A stretch of 64,000 nt of DNA. Source: Dudresnaya verticillata (Eukaryota). A model generated the notes under the pieces. That model did no database searches. It saw nothing but the letters and a program-made list of their open reading frames with translations, and was not told the DNA's origin. Shown here in pieces: positions 23,399 through 36,705 of the stretch. The number at the start of each line of letters is the position of its first letter. Positions within the stretch are counted from its first letter, which is position 1. The stretch is from NCBI GenBank assembly GCA_977862235.1, contig OZ374558.1, positions 1,116,001 to 1,180,000 of the forward strand. The letters run 5' to 3'. The position numbers and the translations under genes were made by a program.

Positions 23399-25129
23399 TT
23401 TCGAGGAGAAACTCCGGTTCGCGACGGGGGCTTCGGACTAACAGGAGAAAACTACTGTAGCTCACAAACAAAGTCATGGAACGGGTCTGCTAAGTGCTTT
23501 GAAGGTTTCTGCAGAGGCTTATGAAGGAAAGTAGGTCCATTACGCTGCTCAGCCCCCCAGTCTGCTCAAGAATCGAATTTTGACCGGGAGAAGGACCAAA
23601 CAGAAGGATTTCACGGCGGTCCTTGGCTCAACTCCAATGGCGATGCAGTCAGCTCCATATTGACCCGCTAATGACATCAGATCTACCCTTCGTGGTCCCT
23701 GGCGTGAAGCCTAAGCAACGAAAAACGGGATGCGCGTGTAGCCATGTCCCCATGCGATATGGCTGGGACGCGTATTGGTCACTTTGTAGTTTCCAATTGA
23801 ATACCTTTCTCTCCTTTCCACCTGTTTCCAGAATATGGTAGTTCATTCAAAATGGTTGACGGACAGCTCCCTCCCATCCAGCAAGGGTAAATGTAGCCAG
23901 TCAGTTCGCTTCAACAGGCCGCCGTGAGCATTTTCTTGGGGCATGAGAATTGCGGACAATCAATGCCGACCCTTCTCTTCTCTCCAGTCTCAGAACATGC
24001 TGACAAGAGACGCTTCTCGGTTAATATTCTTTCAAGTCTGTTCAGACTTGAAAGTTCCTGTATTGTTCCTAGCCCACCGATTTGTCTCCCTCACACTCGC
24101 CCTTAGCCCAACTGTCTAATCTAGATTGTCTCTCTCAGTTGTAGCGCCTTCACCTTCGACAAAAAAAATTCATGTTCAGATCCATGTATGCTTGCTCCAA
24201 TAGCTACATAGGGTAAGGGGAACTCTTTATTCAAAGAGCGTCAGATAACTGCAAAGATTTCTGCGGTCCGCTTCATGTCGAAATATCGCAGCATGGTAGC
24301 GTCTTTGACGTATTGTGTCACGACCTAGCCATCTCTCAAGAAATAGGTTGGGAGGGCACAACAGGCACCCCAAGAATCTCCAACAAATACTTGGCCACAC
24401 GGCTGCATCTTCTGCATTAATGCTCAAAGCTAAAGTGAAGATTCATCGTTGGACTTTTCTGATCAGCATAAGCTCTTCTCATCGTCTTCGAAAAGTCCAA
24501 ACAACTAAAGAGGGAGGGGAACTTTACGAACCAAGGGAAAGTGTATCGACAGTGAAGAAAAAATCAGTAAACTCTCAGGCTGATTGTTAACCAATTGTCG
24601 GATTTCTCTGTTCGTCCAAACTTGGTCTGAGGGCTAATAGAGAATGTACTTATGTCAAGGAGACAGCTTGGCAATCAAAGGAGACTGTCAAGCTGGGGAG
24701 CAGCCAGAGCTCCAATACGTTCGATTCGTTCAAATTTGGTGTAGCTGTACCAACCTTTGGGAGTCAAGGGGACTGTAACTGCTATTAACGTCTGAGAATG
24801 ATTATTTTTCTGTTTGCCTTAGTAGACCCACAATATTTTTTGCGCTCCTGTTCTATTGAGCCTTGTAGGGCATCATGATGTAAAGAAGGTGTACTAACGA
24901 GCAACTGCGCCATAGTCCAATGTACACGAACATCTTGACAATTCGTGAAAGATTATCTTCTCAGAAGACAGCAGCTATAAAATTCGACGTTGTCAGTGTG
25001 TACAACACTGGTGTACGGCTCAGAGCCTCAATTATTGCTTTCATCTTCCTCGTTTCTGTAACTAGAGGTTGTTATTGTTACCTCATAGGAAGCACAGGTG
25101 TAGCTCATCTACTTTTCAGCGATGTTGCA

Positions 25130-26800
25130 CCGTAAATGCCAAAGCACTTCCGACCCTTGCCGTTCCAAAGCCGAAAAAGGAAATCGTCTGATCTATGTAC
25201 ACCTCTATGTATATAACCTTGCCCTCTTCACACAATCCGAATTCAGATGCAAGCCTCATCCACTCCGGCATACTATGCCCGTGTTTAATATCTGCAATTT
25301 CAACTTCCAGCCTCTGCCAAGCCGCTTTCCACTCGCCTTCTTGTCCAAACATTTCCTGGATGGTATCGCCCGCAATAAGGGCGTTCCATGTCCAAACATC
25401 GATCATGGTGCTATCCCAAAACACGTTTCGATTTCCGTCTTAAGCATTACGGAGTCCTTCCTGCCTCCTAGGTCACGGCAGGTCTGCACATTTGATACAG
25501 CAGACCTAGTCTGATAAATTCTTGTTCTTGGCACAGCGTCACGTGCGATCTCATTCAAGCTCAGCAAGGAACGAGAACTCTAACCATTTCCCCTACTGCT
25601 TTTTTAACACATTAACTGGGTATTCGATTTATTCATCACAAAGCTAGAAGCGCGATAAGGGGTTTAGCAAAGACTGGGCTCTACGCGACGATCAGCCAGC
25701 TTACGCCGGTTAACCGCCAATGAAACGCATATTAAAACTAACGAAGTGAGACGAGGAAGCAGGGATAACAAGAACTGGCATATGGTGCGCTTTCATTAGC
25801 GATGCTTGCGAAAGAGACGCTACGACTGGGAAGATTGATATCTTCTGTAGAGGAACTGCTATCACTACCTTCGGATTCATTTCCAGGAGCTGAACACTCT
25901 TTGGAGCCTCAAATTCACGCATTCAACATGGTGTTGAGGCATTCCAGCATATCTGGGCTGAACTTGTCGATGAATGAAGATGGTTCGAATATTGTGGGCA
26001 CTTCCTGATGACAATAGAGACCTTGTGCATCTCCTGACGCGAGTGGCCCTTCCCATACCGTTTTCGAATATCTTCCCCTCCAAAAAGGCCTTGTTGATGT
26101 CGTAAGAGGGCGCTCGCGAGGGTTTCCATTGCGAAATAGTTCTGGCGTATTGGGCATACAATGCAATCGACAAGTACAGTCCAGACATTCTGGAATGCCT
26201 CACCGTCATGTTGAATGTGGGATTTGGGGCTCGGAAGACTCTTCAGCTCCTGGAATTGAGTCCGAAGGTATTGACAACAGTTCCTCTACGGAATATTTCT
26301 CTCCTTCCGATCATAGCGTCTATTTGGGAATCAGCTCCAATACAGCGAACCAGTTAATGTGCTCAAGTAGTTGGGAATTCCTTGAAGTTCTCTTCCTAAT
26401 CTGAACTCGAAAGTGTCCTTGTGTGAAGAACAAAAATGCATCAACACAGACGACCGAGGTCAGCCGTACCAGATATGCAGGCCTGAAGTGGCCTAGGGTT
26501 TTAGGGTACAGGAAGGAGTCGGCAGCGTTTTGTGGTGACAGCCCAACCGGAGAGCACCCCGCGATCGGCATTTGAAACACGCATAATGCGGGCGACAGCA
26601 GCCAGAAAATGGGTGGACAAGAAGGCGAGTGGAAAGCGGCTTTCAGGAGGCTGGATGTTGAGAGTGCAGATATCGAACACGGTCACAATATTTGGGAGCA
26701 TATGAGGCTTGCATCTGAATTCGGTTTGTGCGAAGAGGGCAGGCAAGTTGAACGTGGACCAGACGTCGGCGTTGCAATGGAAAGTGCTTTGGCATTTATA
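25130..26800. pseudogene. Old inverted duplication (arms ~25130..25971 and ~26166..26800) of a decayed coding sequence
   Basis: QEGEWKAAWQRLEVEIADIKHGHSMPEWMRLASEFGLCEEG (minus) versus QEGEWKAAFRRLDVESADIEHGHNIWEHMRLASEFGLCEEG (plus); 25847..25971 is the reverse complement of 26166..26288. Confidence 0.8.
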
Positions 26801-27679
26801 TTAACGGCACAAACCTTTACAGAGAAGCAGACGAACTCCTCGACACTTCCGGCTCCGAAGAGCCGTGTAAACTCTAGACGGCAAAATGCTGACCTCGGCA
26901 ACCGGCCAGTTGTCCATCATCCGGCCTGGAGCGTGATGGATCTCGCAGCCAGCCATGGACATTGTTTGAGTATTTGCGTCACCGCGGATGCTGGTGATGG
27001 AAGTAGCACGCAGCCAGCGCGGGAAGTAGCAGAGGTTGACATCGCCCATTACCAATGGTAATTTCCCACCTGTTCTGCAGGGCATAGCCCTTCGACATCA
27101 CACTGGTAGATTGGGTGTATGGCGGCCGAGAAGACAGCAGCCGGTACAGCAATGTAAAATGTAAGCGTTTTAACCTCTCAACTGGTTCATCTCTCGCTTT
27201 TTGTTCTCCCTCTTGGCCGTCTGCCTACAAGCCCAGCTGAGCCAATCTCATCGACCAACTCCATCTTGTTGGCCTTGCCATGAAGAGTCTTGGAGCAAAT
27301 CCACAACCCTCGAACCTGAGCCCCTCCGATCATCTGCGACACATGCGAACCCTGCAAGCAACACATTGTTTGCCCGGTATACTACGCGCGGGTTACATAC
27401 TCTTTATTAAAGTAGAGATATTGACGCAATTGGCTTTCGTGCTACAAACTCTACACTGCCTACCCTCACAGTAACCCTCTCACCCCAAACCTTCCGTGCT
27501 TTGGTTTTATGACACCGTGCTTGTACATGTCCCACGCAGTGCGTATTGAAAAGTTTATTTGCGTAACGTGGATAGGAGAAGACGAGCTGGAAGCATTATC
27601 AGAAAGGTACACATTTAGCCACAAAAAGCCACACGGGAAATGCTGGACCTGCCGATGGAGGCCGCGGCGATTGATAACC

Positions 27680-27790
27680 AGATGAGATGAAAGCCTTTAT
27701 TTTAATCTAAAAAGCAACCCTGGGAAAAGGTCTAACTACCAGGACACATTGCAGGAGGAGGGGAGAGATTGCGGCGATTCACGCTAACAT
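27680..27790 (-). mobile_element. CRE-like 3' end
   Basis: VSVNRRNLSPPPA, then 3' UTR with aataaagg; same subfamily as 49135..49305. Confidence 0.75.
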
Positions 27791-27809
27791 TAAAGTTGAT
27801 AACCACAGG

Positions 27810-28205
27810 GGACCTTTAAAGAGAAGAGTCCAAACGGACTACTTAGCAGATCAAAGTAGACAACGATGGACTACGAGGCAGGACAGACAATAGACGGCGA
27901 GTGACGCTAACTGCAACACAGTGAAGAAGCCAAGAAGTCACTTTGGTTAATATGGAGAGCTTTTCCGATGCCGCAGAGGTACCCTTCGCGGCGGCACTGA
28001 AATTATTAACGCGTTGTACACCCCAACTCAAATCCAACGCCAATACGGCCGTAAATATCCCTGGCCATGGGATGGAGATCCAGATTGTTCACGACCACAC
28101 ACGCGGCGATATTGTGGGAACACTTCCGACGCTCACTGGAAATAATTGCATTCCCAGAAAGGCGGGCTGGTGAAGACGGATGGGAATGGGGACTGACTAC
28201 CGTAG
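27810..28205 (-). mobile_element. Degenerate CRE-like 3' fragment
   Basis: AKGTSAASEKLSILTKVTSWLLHCVAVSVTRR; closely parallels 1455..1835. Confidence 0.8.
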
Positions 28206-31164
28206 CATAGCACTTGATCCTCCTCCTATAACCTCTCGAAGAACCGCTTAATCACTAGCAGCCGAGTTTAACGTCAAGGAGAACAGAACTGCTATTTGAG
28301 CTAAAGGCAACAACAGTTTGCTTATACGCAATGCAATATTCTCACGGAGTACCGCGCGGTGGGGATGCATGCCACCAAGCAGCCCGGACCGCACGCGTCT
28401 GGTGCTTCGGGACACATCCGTCTGGGGAAGTCGCACATTAATGCCGATAGATGGTAGGGCAGTGGAATGGTTCCCGACTCTACACGATTGGCGGAGTGAT
28501 GCGCAGCTTATGTGAGGTCAGGCAATGTGCTGTAGCCGAGATTTGCGGGCTATTGACGCGAGGAAAATGATTCTGACCTTTTCTTCTGGTCTGTTGTTGT
28601 TGTTGCTCGTCAGACGTCTTCTTCTCTTTTTTTCAAGGCATCTGTCAACAAGTGTTACGGTACCGACAGCCGGATTTCTTGAACAGATGAATTACGGGAG
28701 ATCCAATTGTTATAAATAGAAGTTGCTGCTAAGTAAAACCATCATCTCTTTGGACGCAGTCGCTGTCGGATGGTAACACCCACCACGCCCAGGCACTGTT
28801 GGACAGGCACGACTCTGCCGCTCGCACAAGCGGCGCGGTGGTGCCACGCTGACAGCGATAACAATCTCGGCAGCTCCCTTGGTCTGGGATATGTTTTGGT
28901 TGCTCATGGCAGGAAGGGAGCAGACTCCGATCGGCTCTTAAGCGGTCTCAAAGGCAAAAATACCATTGAACCACTTGCGCTGGTATCCGTTGACAGTACG
29001 GAGCGATCACACAGGATTTATATCCTGACAGGCGGCGAGCCATCGCGGAACAGGAGAGAAAAAGGGAGAAGCAAGCTTTCGCTTTTTTTTTGCTCAGGTT
29101 GCAAACCTACGAGCATCTACCGCTCGCTGCCCGACGATTCCCAACGTGCTACCTACAGCGCCTCCACAATTGCCTAGCTCCACCAGTTGCCGTATTATTC
29201 AGTATACGGAAGCTAGACGTAGCTCTACGAGCTAGTCTTGTATACAAGTGCTCTCTTGGTGCACTGCGTGCCAAGAGTTTACAACAACTCCCGATGGGTT
29301 GGCATGAAACTGCGTCTGGGAATGCGCGAATTGATGGGAAATGGAAACACGTGTCACGGCATCAAGAAGGACACGTGCAAGGCCGCACGCCCTTCCCAAA
29401 TTGCCCAATCAGTATCCATCGCGGGAAGACTGATCCACTTGGAAGTGTCGGCGTCAGAACAGCTCTGAAGCTTGAAGCTTGAAGCTTAGTAAAATGATAC
29501 AACGAGTGTCTATTAGTTGCGCGGAGCGCATCGCGCCGCCTGTGCCAACTCACGCGCGCTGAAGGCGGCGCTCGCGATGCACGGTTCAACAGCGTTGTAT
29601 GACGCTGCGCTCCCGGGAGAGCATTGGCAAAGCCGGGGCGGGCGACTTAGAACTTGAACGACAACGGCGCGGGGGGGAAGGGGAGGCCGCAACTCCGCAG
29701 CGGGCTCTCAAAATGGTGCACTTTCAACAGGGCGAATGGTAGCGCAACGGTAGTGAAGAGTGCGGCGTTACAGCTGCAACGCCCCAAAGCTCAACATCGC
29801 CTTTTCCGGCGAAGCTGAGTCGTGGAGAAATCGTAGGTCGCACCCTGAGACTCACGTCACATATGATATGCAGCGAACAGGGATCTACAGGTGCTGTGAA
29901 ACTTAGGATCATTGCCGATCAATCATAGACTCTAGCTAGATGGCACTGTTGTACTACCATGATGGCAACAAGTTGCACTCGGCGCGGCAGTTGCGTAACG
30001 GACGGTTGGAGAAAAGGGAAGAAGGTGCGTTCGAAGTGACGGTTGAGCACCATCGACGGTCTCCCGTACAACAGCGACCTGCACCTGCAAGCGGCAGGCC
30101 ACGAATGCTCCTTCTGCCCCGGCTGCTGCTCGACGCGGCGGTTGTAGCTACCGCGACCCGGGAAGTCGGGACCGATGCGCCCGGGGAAGACTGTGCGGCG
30201 AGCATGGCGTCGTCGCGCGTTGCAGCGGGAGATGTGGGGCGAGCCGCGGCCGGACGTCCAAGCGCTGCATAGGGCTCGCTGCCGCTCCGCCGCGAAGCGC
30301 TGGCGGCGGCCTCCCGGCGGGCCGCGCGCACGCCCCTCAGCAGAGCCATGCGCCGTCTGTAGAAATTGGTGGCCGCACACTTCGGCCGCGCCTCTTCCGC
30401 AAAAGGAATGGCGACGCAATGCAACAGCGGGCGAGCGCCACGTCGCCACGTGGCGCGCGTGCGTGACGCGCCGTGACCGTGACGCGCCGTGACGCGTCGC
30501 ATTACAGCGCTGTAAGCGCGTGCTGCGCGCACGGCATTGGTCGCGGCAAAACCGCAACGCTCTGTTCTGCGCTGAATCTTGCGCCGCGACCTCCCATTGG
30601 GCCGTGCGGCCGCGGGCGGCTCCGGCGCGCGCCAGGTGGCGCCGCGTCGCCCCAACAACTGCGCGCCGCCGGCTCGACATCACAGCATATGGACAAGAAA
30701 CATTACAAAGCTCACTTGTTTCCGCTCATCACCATCACCGCGCCGCGCCGCGCCCCGCCCGCACGTACAAATCCCTCCACGTCGACCGTCCGCCGCGCTC
30801 CCGCAGCAGACCCCCCCGCCCCCCCCCCCGCCGCCGACATCCCGTTACCCGACGATCCACCCCCGCGCGCACCCGCGCACCCCCCCCCCCCCCCCCCCAC
30901 GCGCCCTCGGCGTTCCCGCTTGCGCCACAACCACCACCAACACCGCCGCCGCCGCCCGTTGCTCCCACCCCGCACTCCGCCGCGCGCCGCCGCACGCGCC
31001 TACTCCAACCGCGTCACCGCGTCGCGCCCGCCGCGCGCCACCGCACGCCGCGTTCGGCGCCCGCCCGTGCCGCCCGCGCTTCCGCACCAAGCCCCGCATC
31101 GCATCGCAGCGCATCGCGCCCGCACCCGCACCCGCACCCGCACCCGCGCACACCCGCCCGCACA

Positions 31165-32472
31165 ATGTGCCAGCACCCCGCGAGCGCCTCGGCAAAGGCC
31201 GAGCCGACCAAGCACCGCGCCGCCACGGGCGAGGTCGAGTTCGACGAGCGAAGCGGCGCGCTGTACGAGAAGACCAAGACGTCGCACTACATGACCGACA
31301 AGGAGCTGAGCGAGCTGCCGCTGCTGGAGCGCATCAACTGGCTGTCCACCACCATCATCTTCACCCCGTTGCTGGGCCTGCTGCTGGGCGTGTGGTTTGT
31401 CCCGCTGCGCCGCCAGACCTTCATCCTGGCCATCGTCCAGTACATCCTCACCGGCACCGGCATCACGGCCGGCTACCACCGTCTGTGGTCGCACAAGGCC
31501 TACCACGCGTCATGGCCCGTCGAGTTTGTGCTGCTCGCGTGGGGCGCCGCCGCCTTTGAGGGCTCGGCGCGTTGGTGGAGCCGCAATCATCGCGCCCATC
31601 ACCGCTATGTTGACACCGACAAGGACCCGTACGCCGTGCACAAGGGCTTCTGGTATGCCCACCTCGGCTGGATGGTGCTCAAGCAGGACTCGCGACGCGC
31701 TGGACGAGTCGACATCAGCGACCTCAACGCTCACAGCGGCGTCATGTTCCAGCATCGCAACTACCTGCCCATCGCCTTGTTTTTCGGTTTTGTCTTCCCG
31801 CTTTCGATAGCCTCCTTCTGCTGGGGTGACTTCTGGGGCTCGTTGGTCTATGCTTGCTTTGGTCGCATGTTCTTTGTCCATCAGGCCACGTTCTGTGTCA
31901 ACAGCCTGGCCCATACCTTTGGTGTTCAGACGTATTCGACGGAGCACACCAGCTACGACCATGTTATCACCGCGCTCGTCACGTTTGGAGAGGGCTACCA
32001 CAACTATCACCATGAATTTCCGCACGACTATCGCAATGGCATTCGCTGGTATCACTACGACCCGACAAAGTGGATGGTTCGATTCCTTTCCTACTTTGGC
32101 CTGTGCTCTCGCCTGATTCGTTTCCCGAACAATGAGATTCGGAAGGCTGAAATTCAAGTGCAACAAGAGAAACTGAACACGCTCAAGAAGACGATAGACT
32201 GGGGTCAGGACGTGTCCACGTTGGGGACGATGGACTGGGCTACGGTGCGTAGACGGGTGTCTGAAGGTGAGAAGCTTATCGTAATTGACGACATCGTGCA
32301 CAAGATAGATGAGTTTGTATCGATGCATCCCGGAGGCGCGAAGATCTTGGAATTTTGGAATGGACGGGATGCAACCAATGCGTTCAATGGAGAAGTTTAC
32401 AAGCACTCGAAGGGTGCTCGCAATCTCCTTGCACACTTCCGGGTGGCTACACTTTTGGAAAAGCTTGAATAG
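31165..32472 (+). CDS. OLE1: Delta-9 fatty acyl desaturase with C-terminal cytochrome b5 domain (Ole1-type), 435 aa
   Basis: His boxes HRLWSH, HRAHH, HNYHH; TFCVNSLAH, FGEGYHN, YDPTKW; cytochrome b5 heme motif HPGG; first ATG at 31165. Confidence 0.97.
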   Translation: MCQHPASASAKAEPTKHRAATGEVEFDERSGALYEKTKTSHYMTDKELSELPLLERINWLSTTIIFTPLLGLLLGVWFVPLRRQTFILAIVQYILTGTGITAGYHRLWSHKAYHASWPVEFVLLAWGAAAFEGSARWWSRNHRAHHRYVDTDKDPYAVHKGFWYAHLGWMVLKQDSRRAGRVDISDLNAHSGVMFQHRNYLPIALFFGFVFPLSIASFCWGDFWGSLVYACFGRMFFVHQATFCVNSLAHTFGVQTYSTEHTSYDHVITALVTFGEGYHNYHHEFPHDYRNGIRWYHYDPTKWMVRFLSYFGLCSRLIRFPNNEIRKAEIQVQQEKLNTLKKTIDWGQDVSTLGTMDWATVRRRVSEGEKLIVIDDIVHKIDEFVSMHPGGAKILEFWNGRDATNAFNGEVYKHSKGARNLLAHFRVATLLEKLE

Positions 32473-33599
32473 AATCTGGAGCACTACTCCGTGGTTAGTA
32501 GATCCTCCCAGACTGCAGGAACTAACAACGTAGCAGTGCTACAGTGTGCATGTCCATATGCGTGAGCTTATGCGTCCGCAACGTAAACTACAAAGGAACA
32601 GACTTTCGGAACCACTGCTCAGGCGCAGTCGAGCCGCGCGGCAAGGTAGACGATCTGCAGACGCGCGTGCATCGGCAGGTCGAATTTCAGCGCAGCGCAC
32701 TCGGTCGCCTTGTCTCCTTTGCGTATTGCGTTGCGCTCGAGTCTCTCTGGTAAGCATTTGGGACCTACTGGACGCGTTACAGAAGACTTGCATCCGGCGG
32801 AAGGTGGGTCACTACTGCGCAAGGACCCCCATGCCGAGGGTTTGCAGCGACAGAAGTGGACGTTGTTTGTGCGAAGGGTACGGCAGACAATGTGACGAGC
32901 GGCGAGTGGCGACCAAACGAGTCAATGTGTTTGCCGTGCTCGCTTGCGGCCTCCCCCTGGTGCGCGGATTTCGGGCGCAGGTTGCCGGTCGCACCTGCGC
33001 GCAGACGGCCTACTCGCAATGCGAAAGCGCGACAAGCCGTGCAACAAGGTTGCCGATATTCGCAGCAACCACCTCCGGTCAGCTCCGAACGCGCGGAGCA
33101 GAACGGCATTCGCTGGAGTGACACGGCGATGGCGGGTAACGGGTTTCCGAGGAGCACAGCGCGTGTCAGCCACGGGAGCATGCGCCGTTGGGAATACGCC
33201 GCCGTCATTGGCCGCCGCCCGTTGCGCAATATGCAGCGTGACGCCCCGTCGGCGCAGTTCACGCTGCTGATTGGACTGCCGCGACGTGGCCCGTCACGAC
33301 CGTTATGCGGTTTGACGGAGTGGAGTAACGGTGCCGCCGCCATCCCATCCCTTCCCGTCCGCTCCGCTTGCGAACCCTGCGACTGCAGCGGCAGAACGGC
33401 AGCTTTGTTGAGGAGGCCAAAGGGACCGCTGCGAAGCTACCGCTGCGAAGCTCCCGGCTACGCCGCGTTTATGGGCGCATGACGGCAAACCAGCCTTGGC
33501 GCGGCAAGAAGACGGTGCACGACGCCACCTTGCTGGAAACGTTACAACTGCACAATGCCCACAATACATATGCACCCCGCCCTAGTGTGTCCTGTATCC

Positions 33600-34070
33600 G
33601 AGCGCCGCCTCGCCCTTGCCCCGCTTCAACCACCAATCCTCTCCACGAGCGACCAATTGGATGCTCACATCTTCCGCGTCTGAAGCCAAGCTCTAGCGAA
33701 GGCATCTGCAAGTTGGGACTACGACCACGTTTCAAAAGCCCTGTTGTAGCCCTCTTCTGCGGTAAGCCGCTGTCCAAACTAAGGCAGCTGCAGCACTGTC
33801 TAAGCTCGCAAGGCGCAGTTTCCCGCCACAGTGGCATGTGCAACAAACCCTTCGCGCTCTGCACAATCTTCCACAGACAGTGGAGACAAGCGCAAATCCT
33901 TTCTCCCATGTCGTACTCCGCTATCAACGCTCGAATCCGTTCCGAGTGGAACACAGCCCTCGCAGGCCACCGGCCTGCCCCAGTCCAAGCTGTGCTGTCA
34001 CTGCCACCCACGCCCAAGCTCCCTGGCAACCTCGCAGTACTGTTTCTACCGCCTCCGCGATTGCCGCAAT
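33600..34070 (+). mobile_element. Degenerate LINE C-terminal fragment, family of 3879..4900
   Basis: SEWNTALAGHRPAPVQAVLSLPPTPKL aligns with SAWKEALAGRRPAPLPTTSCPAPALRL; boundaries approximate. Confidence 0.65.
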
Positions 34071-34323
34071 CCGACAGCTCTGGAGGGATGAACACGCGCC
34101 TTCACGGCCTCTCCTGTCCTCATCCATATTTCTCAGGTGCCCCCGAAGCCCCCATGACCACGAAACGGCAATACCCGATCATCCGTGCATGTGTAGCCCG
34201 ATGTGGCCTCTCAAGGGCACCTGCATATGCGCGTAAGCTGCTTGCGTAGGACAACAATGAACAACAAAAAACAACATTACAATTGTACAATGAGCAGGCA
34301 GGGCTACTCCTGCACAGACGTTC

Positions 34324-35057
34324 TTAGAAGCATGTTTCAACCATCCTATCTATTGGCCGATGATATATACCAAGCATGAAGTCGTGTGCTTTTCGTGGTG
34401 AGCAGGTGCTCTGATATCTCACAAACAGAAAGAAACAGCCGGGAACAATTGCAAAACAACCATCAACTTGAACCGCTGCCTTCGCTTCCTGCCAGTGCTG
34501 ATTCTTAACGTGATTCAGCAACGCATACTTGTACTGGAAAGCGTCCCCACAATTCCGGCCCTTGTGCGGCTTCACCCGCATATGAATTCTCTCCACATGT
34601 GCACGCAAGTACCTTAAACTGGTAAATGGACGAAGGCACGTTGGGCAATTTACGTCTTGCTCCTTCGAATGGCATGCATTGACACGTCGTTTGAGACCCG
34701 TGCTGCTGTGCTGCAGAGGTACTTCTTCGGGCACTGCGAGCATGAAACCGGAACTCCTTGGGATGGCCGGACTTCTTGTGAAAAGCCCACCGAGCAGACA
34801 TCACAAGACAAAAAGGGATGAGCAGTTCCCGGTTGGTGTGGCACGGCCGCGGCAGAATGCGCTTGATCCGATTCCTGGTTGGCATTGCTAGCGTGGATCG
34901 AGCCCTTCGTTGCTGCTGTGTTCCCACTCCCCGGCTGCAGGTTGACCCAAATTTTGGTGTGGAAGTATTTGGCGATGTCAGGCCGACTCACAAATTTCTT
35001 TCTCTCTCCGCGAAGTGCCTTTCGAACATTCGAGTAGGCGTGAACTATATCAAGCAA
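34324..35057 (-). pseudogene. Frameshifted C2H2 zinc-finger gene
   Basis: CSQCPKKY in one frame continues as LKRRVNACH in another; intact finger CPTCLRPFTSLRYLRAHVERIH; next finger has lost its first Cys (KGRNCGDAF...HVKNQH). Confidence 0.75.
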
Positions 35058-35689
35058 GTTTGAACCCTGAACGCACAGAACTCAGACCACATCCATGCAA
35101 TGGTTCGTGTTTATTGTATGTTTTAGGTCGTCCTACGCGAGTGACAAAGGCCCATGTGCAGGCGCACCGGCCGTAGAGGCCAAAGTGGCAACAGCGCGTT
35201 GCGTTAGTGTGTTTATGGTGATGGGAGAGGTCGGGAAAGCGTAATCCTTTTCACACAGCTGGCGAATAGCATGAATCGCAGATGAGATTGTCTTGAGTTG
35301 TGAGGGCGTGAGTGTTCAAGGCTGAGCACCATTCTGCAACACATTCAGCATGTAGGTCGATTGCTGGGGCGTGTTTTAGACGAGGGTTGGGGTGTGTGGT
35401 TAGGGGTGGTCGGAAGGACGAGGGGAGTATTACGGGCACGCCGAGCGCAAAGGGGGTTTGGGGGAGCTTGCTCAGCGCTGTAGGGACGCCAAAACCCTGG
35501 CTATGTGCTTGCGGTTGGGGCGGCTCAATGCACTCCTGGTCTGGACGTGATCTCAGTCCGAGCGGATTTGAGACCGGGCAGTAGCGTATGGTGTGCGGGG
35601 TTTTGCAGGTGCTCGTGGATCTTCTTCTCCGGAGGTTCTCTAAAGCGCGGAGCGTTTCCTGTGCATGCCAGGCGGAGGGGAGTTGGTTG

Positions 35690-35730
35690 TGATGTTTGAT
35701 TTTAATGGTTGTTTAGGGTGGTCCTGTGCG
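35690..35730 (-). mobile_element. LINE-type 3' tail
   Basis: Reverse complement ggaccaccctaaacaaccattaaaatcaaacatcac resembles 4863..4900; a similar tail lies at 42390..42422 on plus. Confidence 0.6.
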
Positions 35731-36705
35731 TGGTTGTGGGCAAGCTCAGAGAGCTACGAATCCCCTTTCGTTCGGAATAGACACTGACGTAGCAGCGGAG
35801 GGAGAATTTTCAACACGGCTAGGAGCCTTGCCTGCCGTCTAACAGATAGTTGGGACGATTGGATTACTGGGTCGCGGTGGGGGACAACTGCTTTGTTTTC
35901 CCGAGGTGCGCAATGACGGAGGTGTCCTCCTGTACGTAGCCATTGTTGTCGTGATTACAATGTTTAGGTTAGAGTCTAGCCGGTCTGGCTGAGCGGGGAA
36001 CAGCTCTATGTCTATATCTCTACTCTGGCTTGGTGCGCCAAGGTCTCCATGTCGCATAAAGACCTCGCCGAGCAAGAGCAGAATCTTTGCCGTGCGACAA
36101 CGCAGAGAGCGGTTGATCCGCGAGGGCTTGCCCCATCGCTTCACTCGAGTGATGTCAACCGAACCAGATTGACCTCGGCGTGGTCGTGATGCTAAACAGC
36201 CGTCAACTGGAACGCCAAACCTTGGTGCGCACCAGCCTTGTACGCTTCTTGTCGACAGCTCGCGGTTCCGCCCGGCGCGTGGTACTGCCCTTCCTCCGGT
36301 CGGCTCAACCCAAAGAACGGGCGGATACTGTAAGCAACCGGGATCTATTTATTGGTGTGATAGAAAGAAATCTTTCCCGAAGGGCGCGATGTTTAGACCT
36401 AAACAATGCTCTCGCTCTTGGCCTCATCGGAATACCGAAGCCCGAGCCGTCCGCCGTCGGCACAATTTCCGCTTCATCGCATTCCCGCCATTTGGCTCCA
36501 AACACGGCCCGAACGTTCATCCACCCGGTGTCCCGGGTACGGTGTTCACCGCCCCCGCTGACGTGACCTCAAATGCTCCGCCTTCAGCACACGCATCGTT
36601 CCCCCTTGACACGCACACCCTCGCCACACCCCAGAGACGTCACAACAACGCGCCCCCTACCCGCTTCGCCGCGCACTCTTTTCAGGCTCACCCTCAACTT
36701 CTAAC

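Noticed and set aside
30520..31164. 215-aa Pro-rich N-terminal extension of the desaturase
   Set aside because: Non-ATG start; GC-rich promoter/leader open by chance; first in-frame ATG is 31165.
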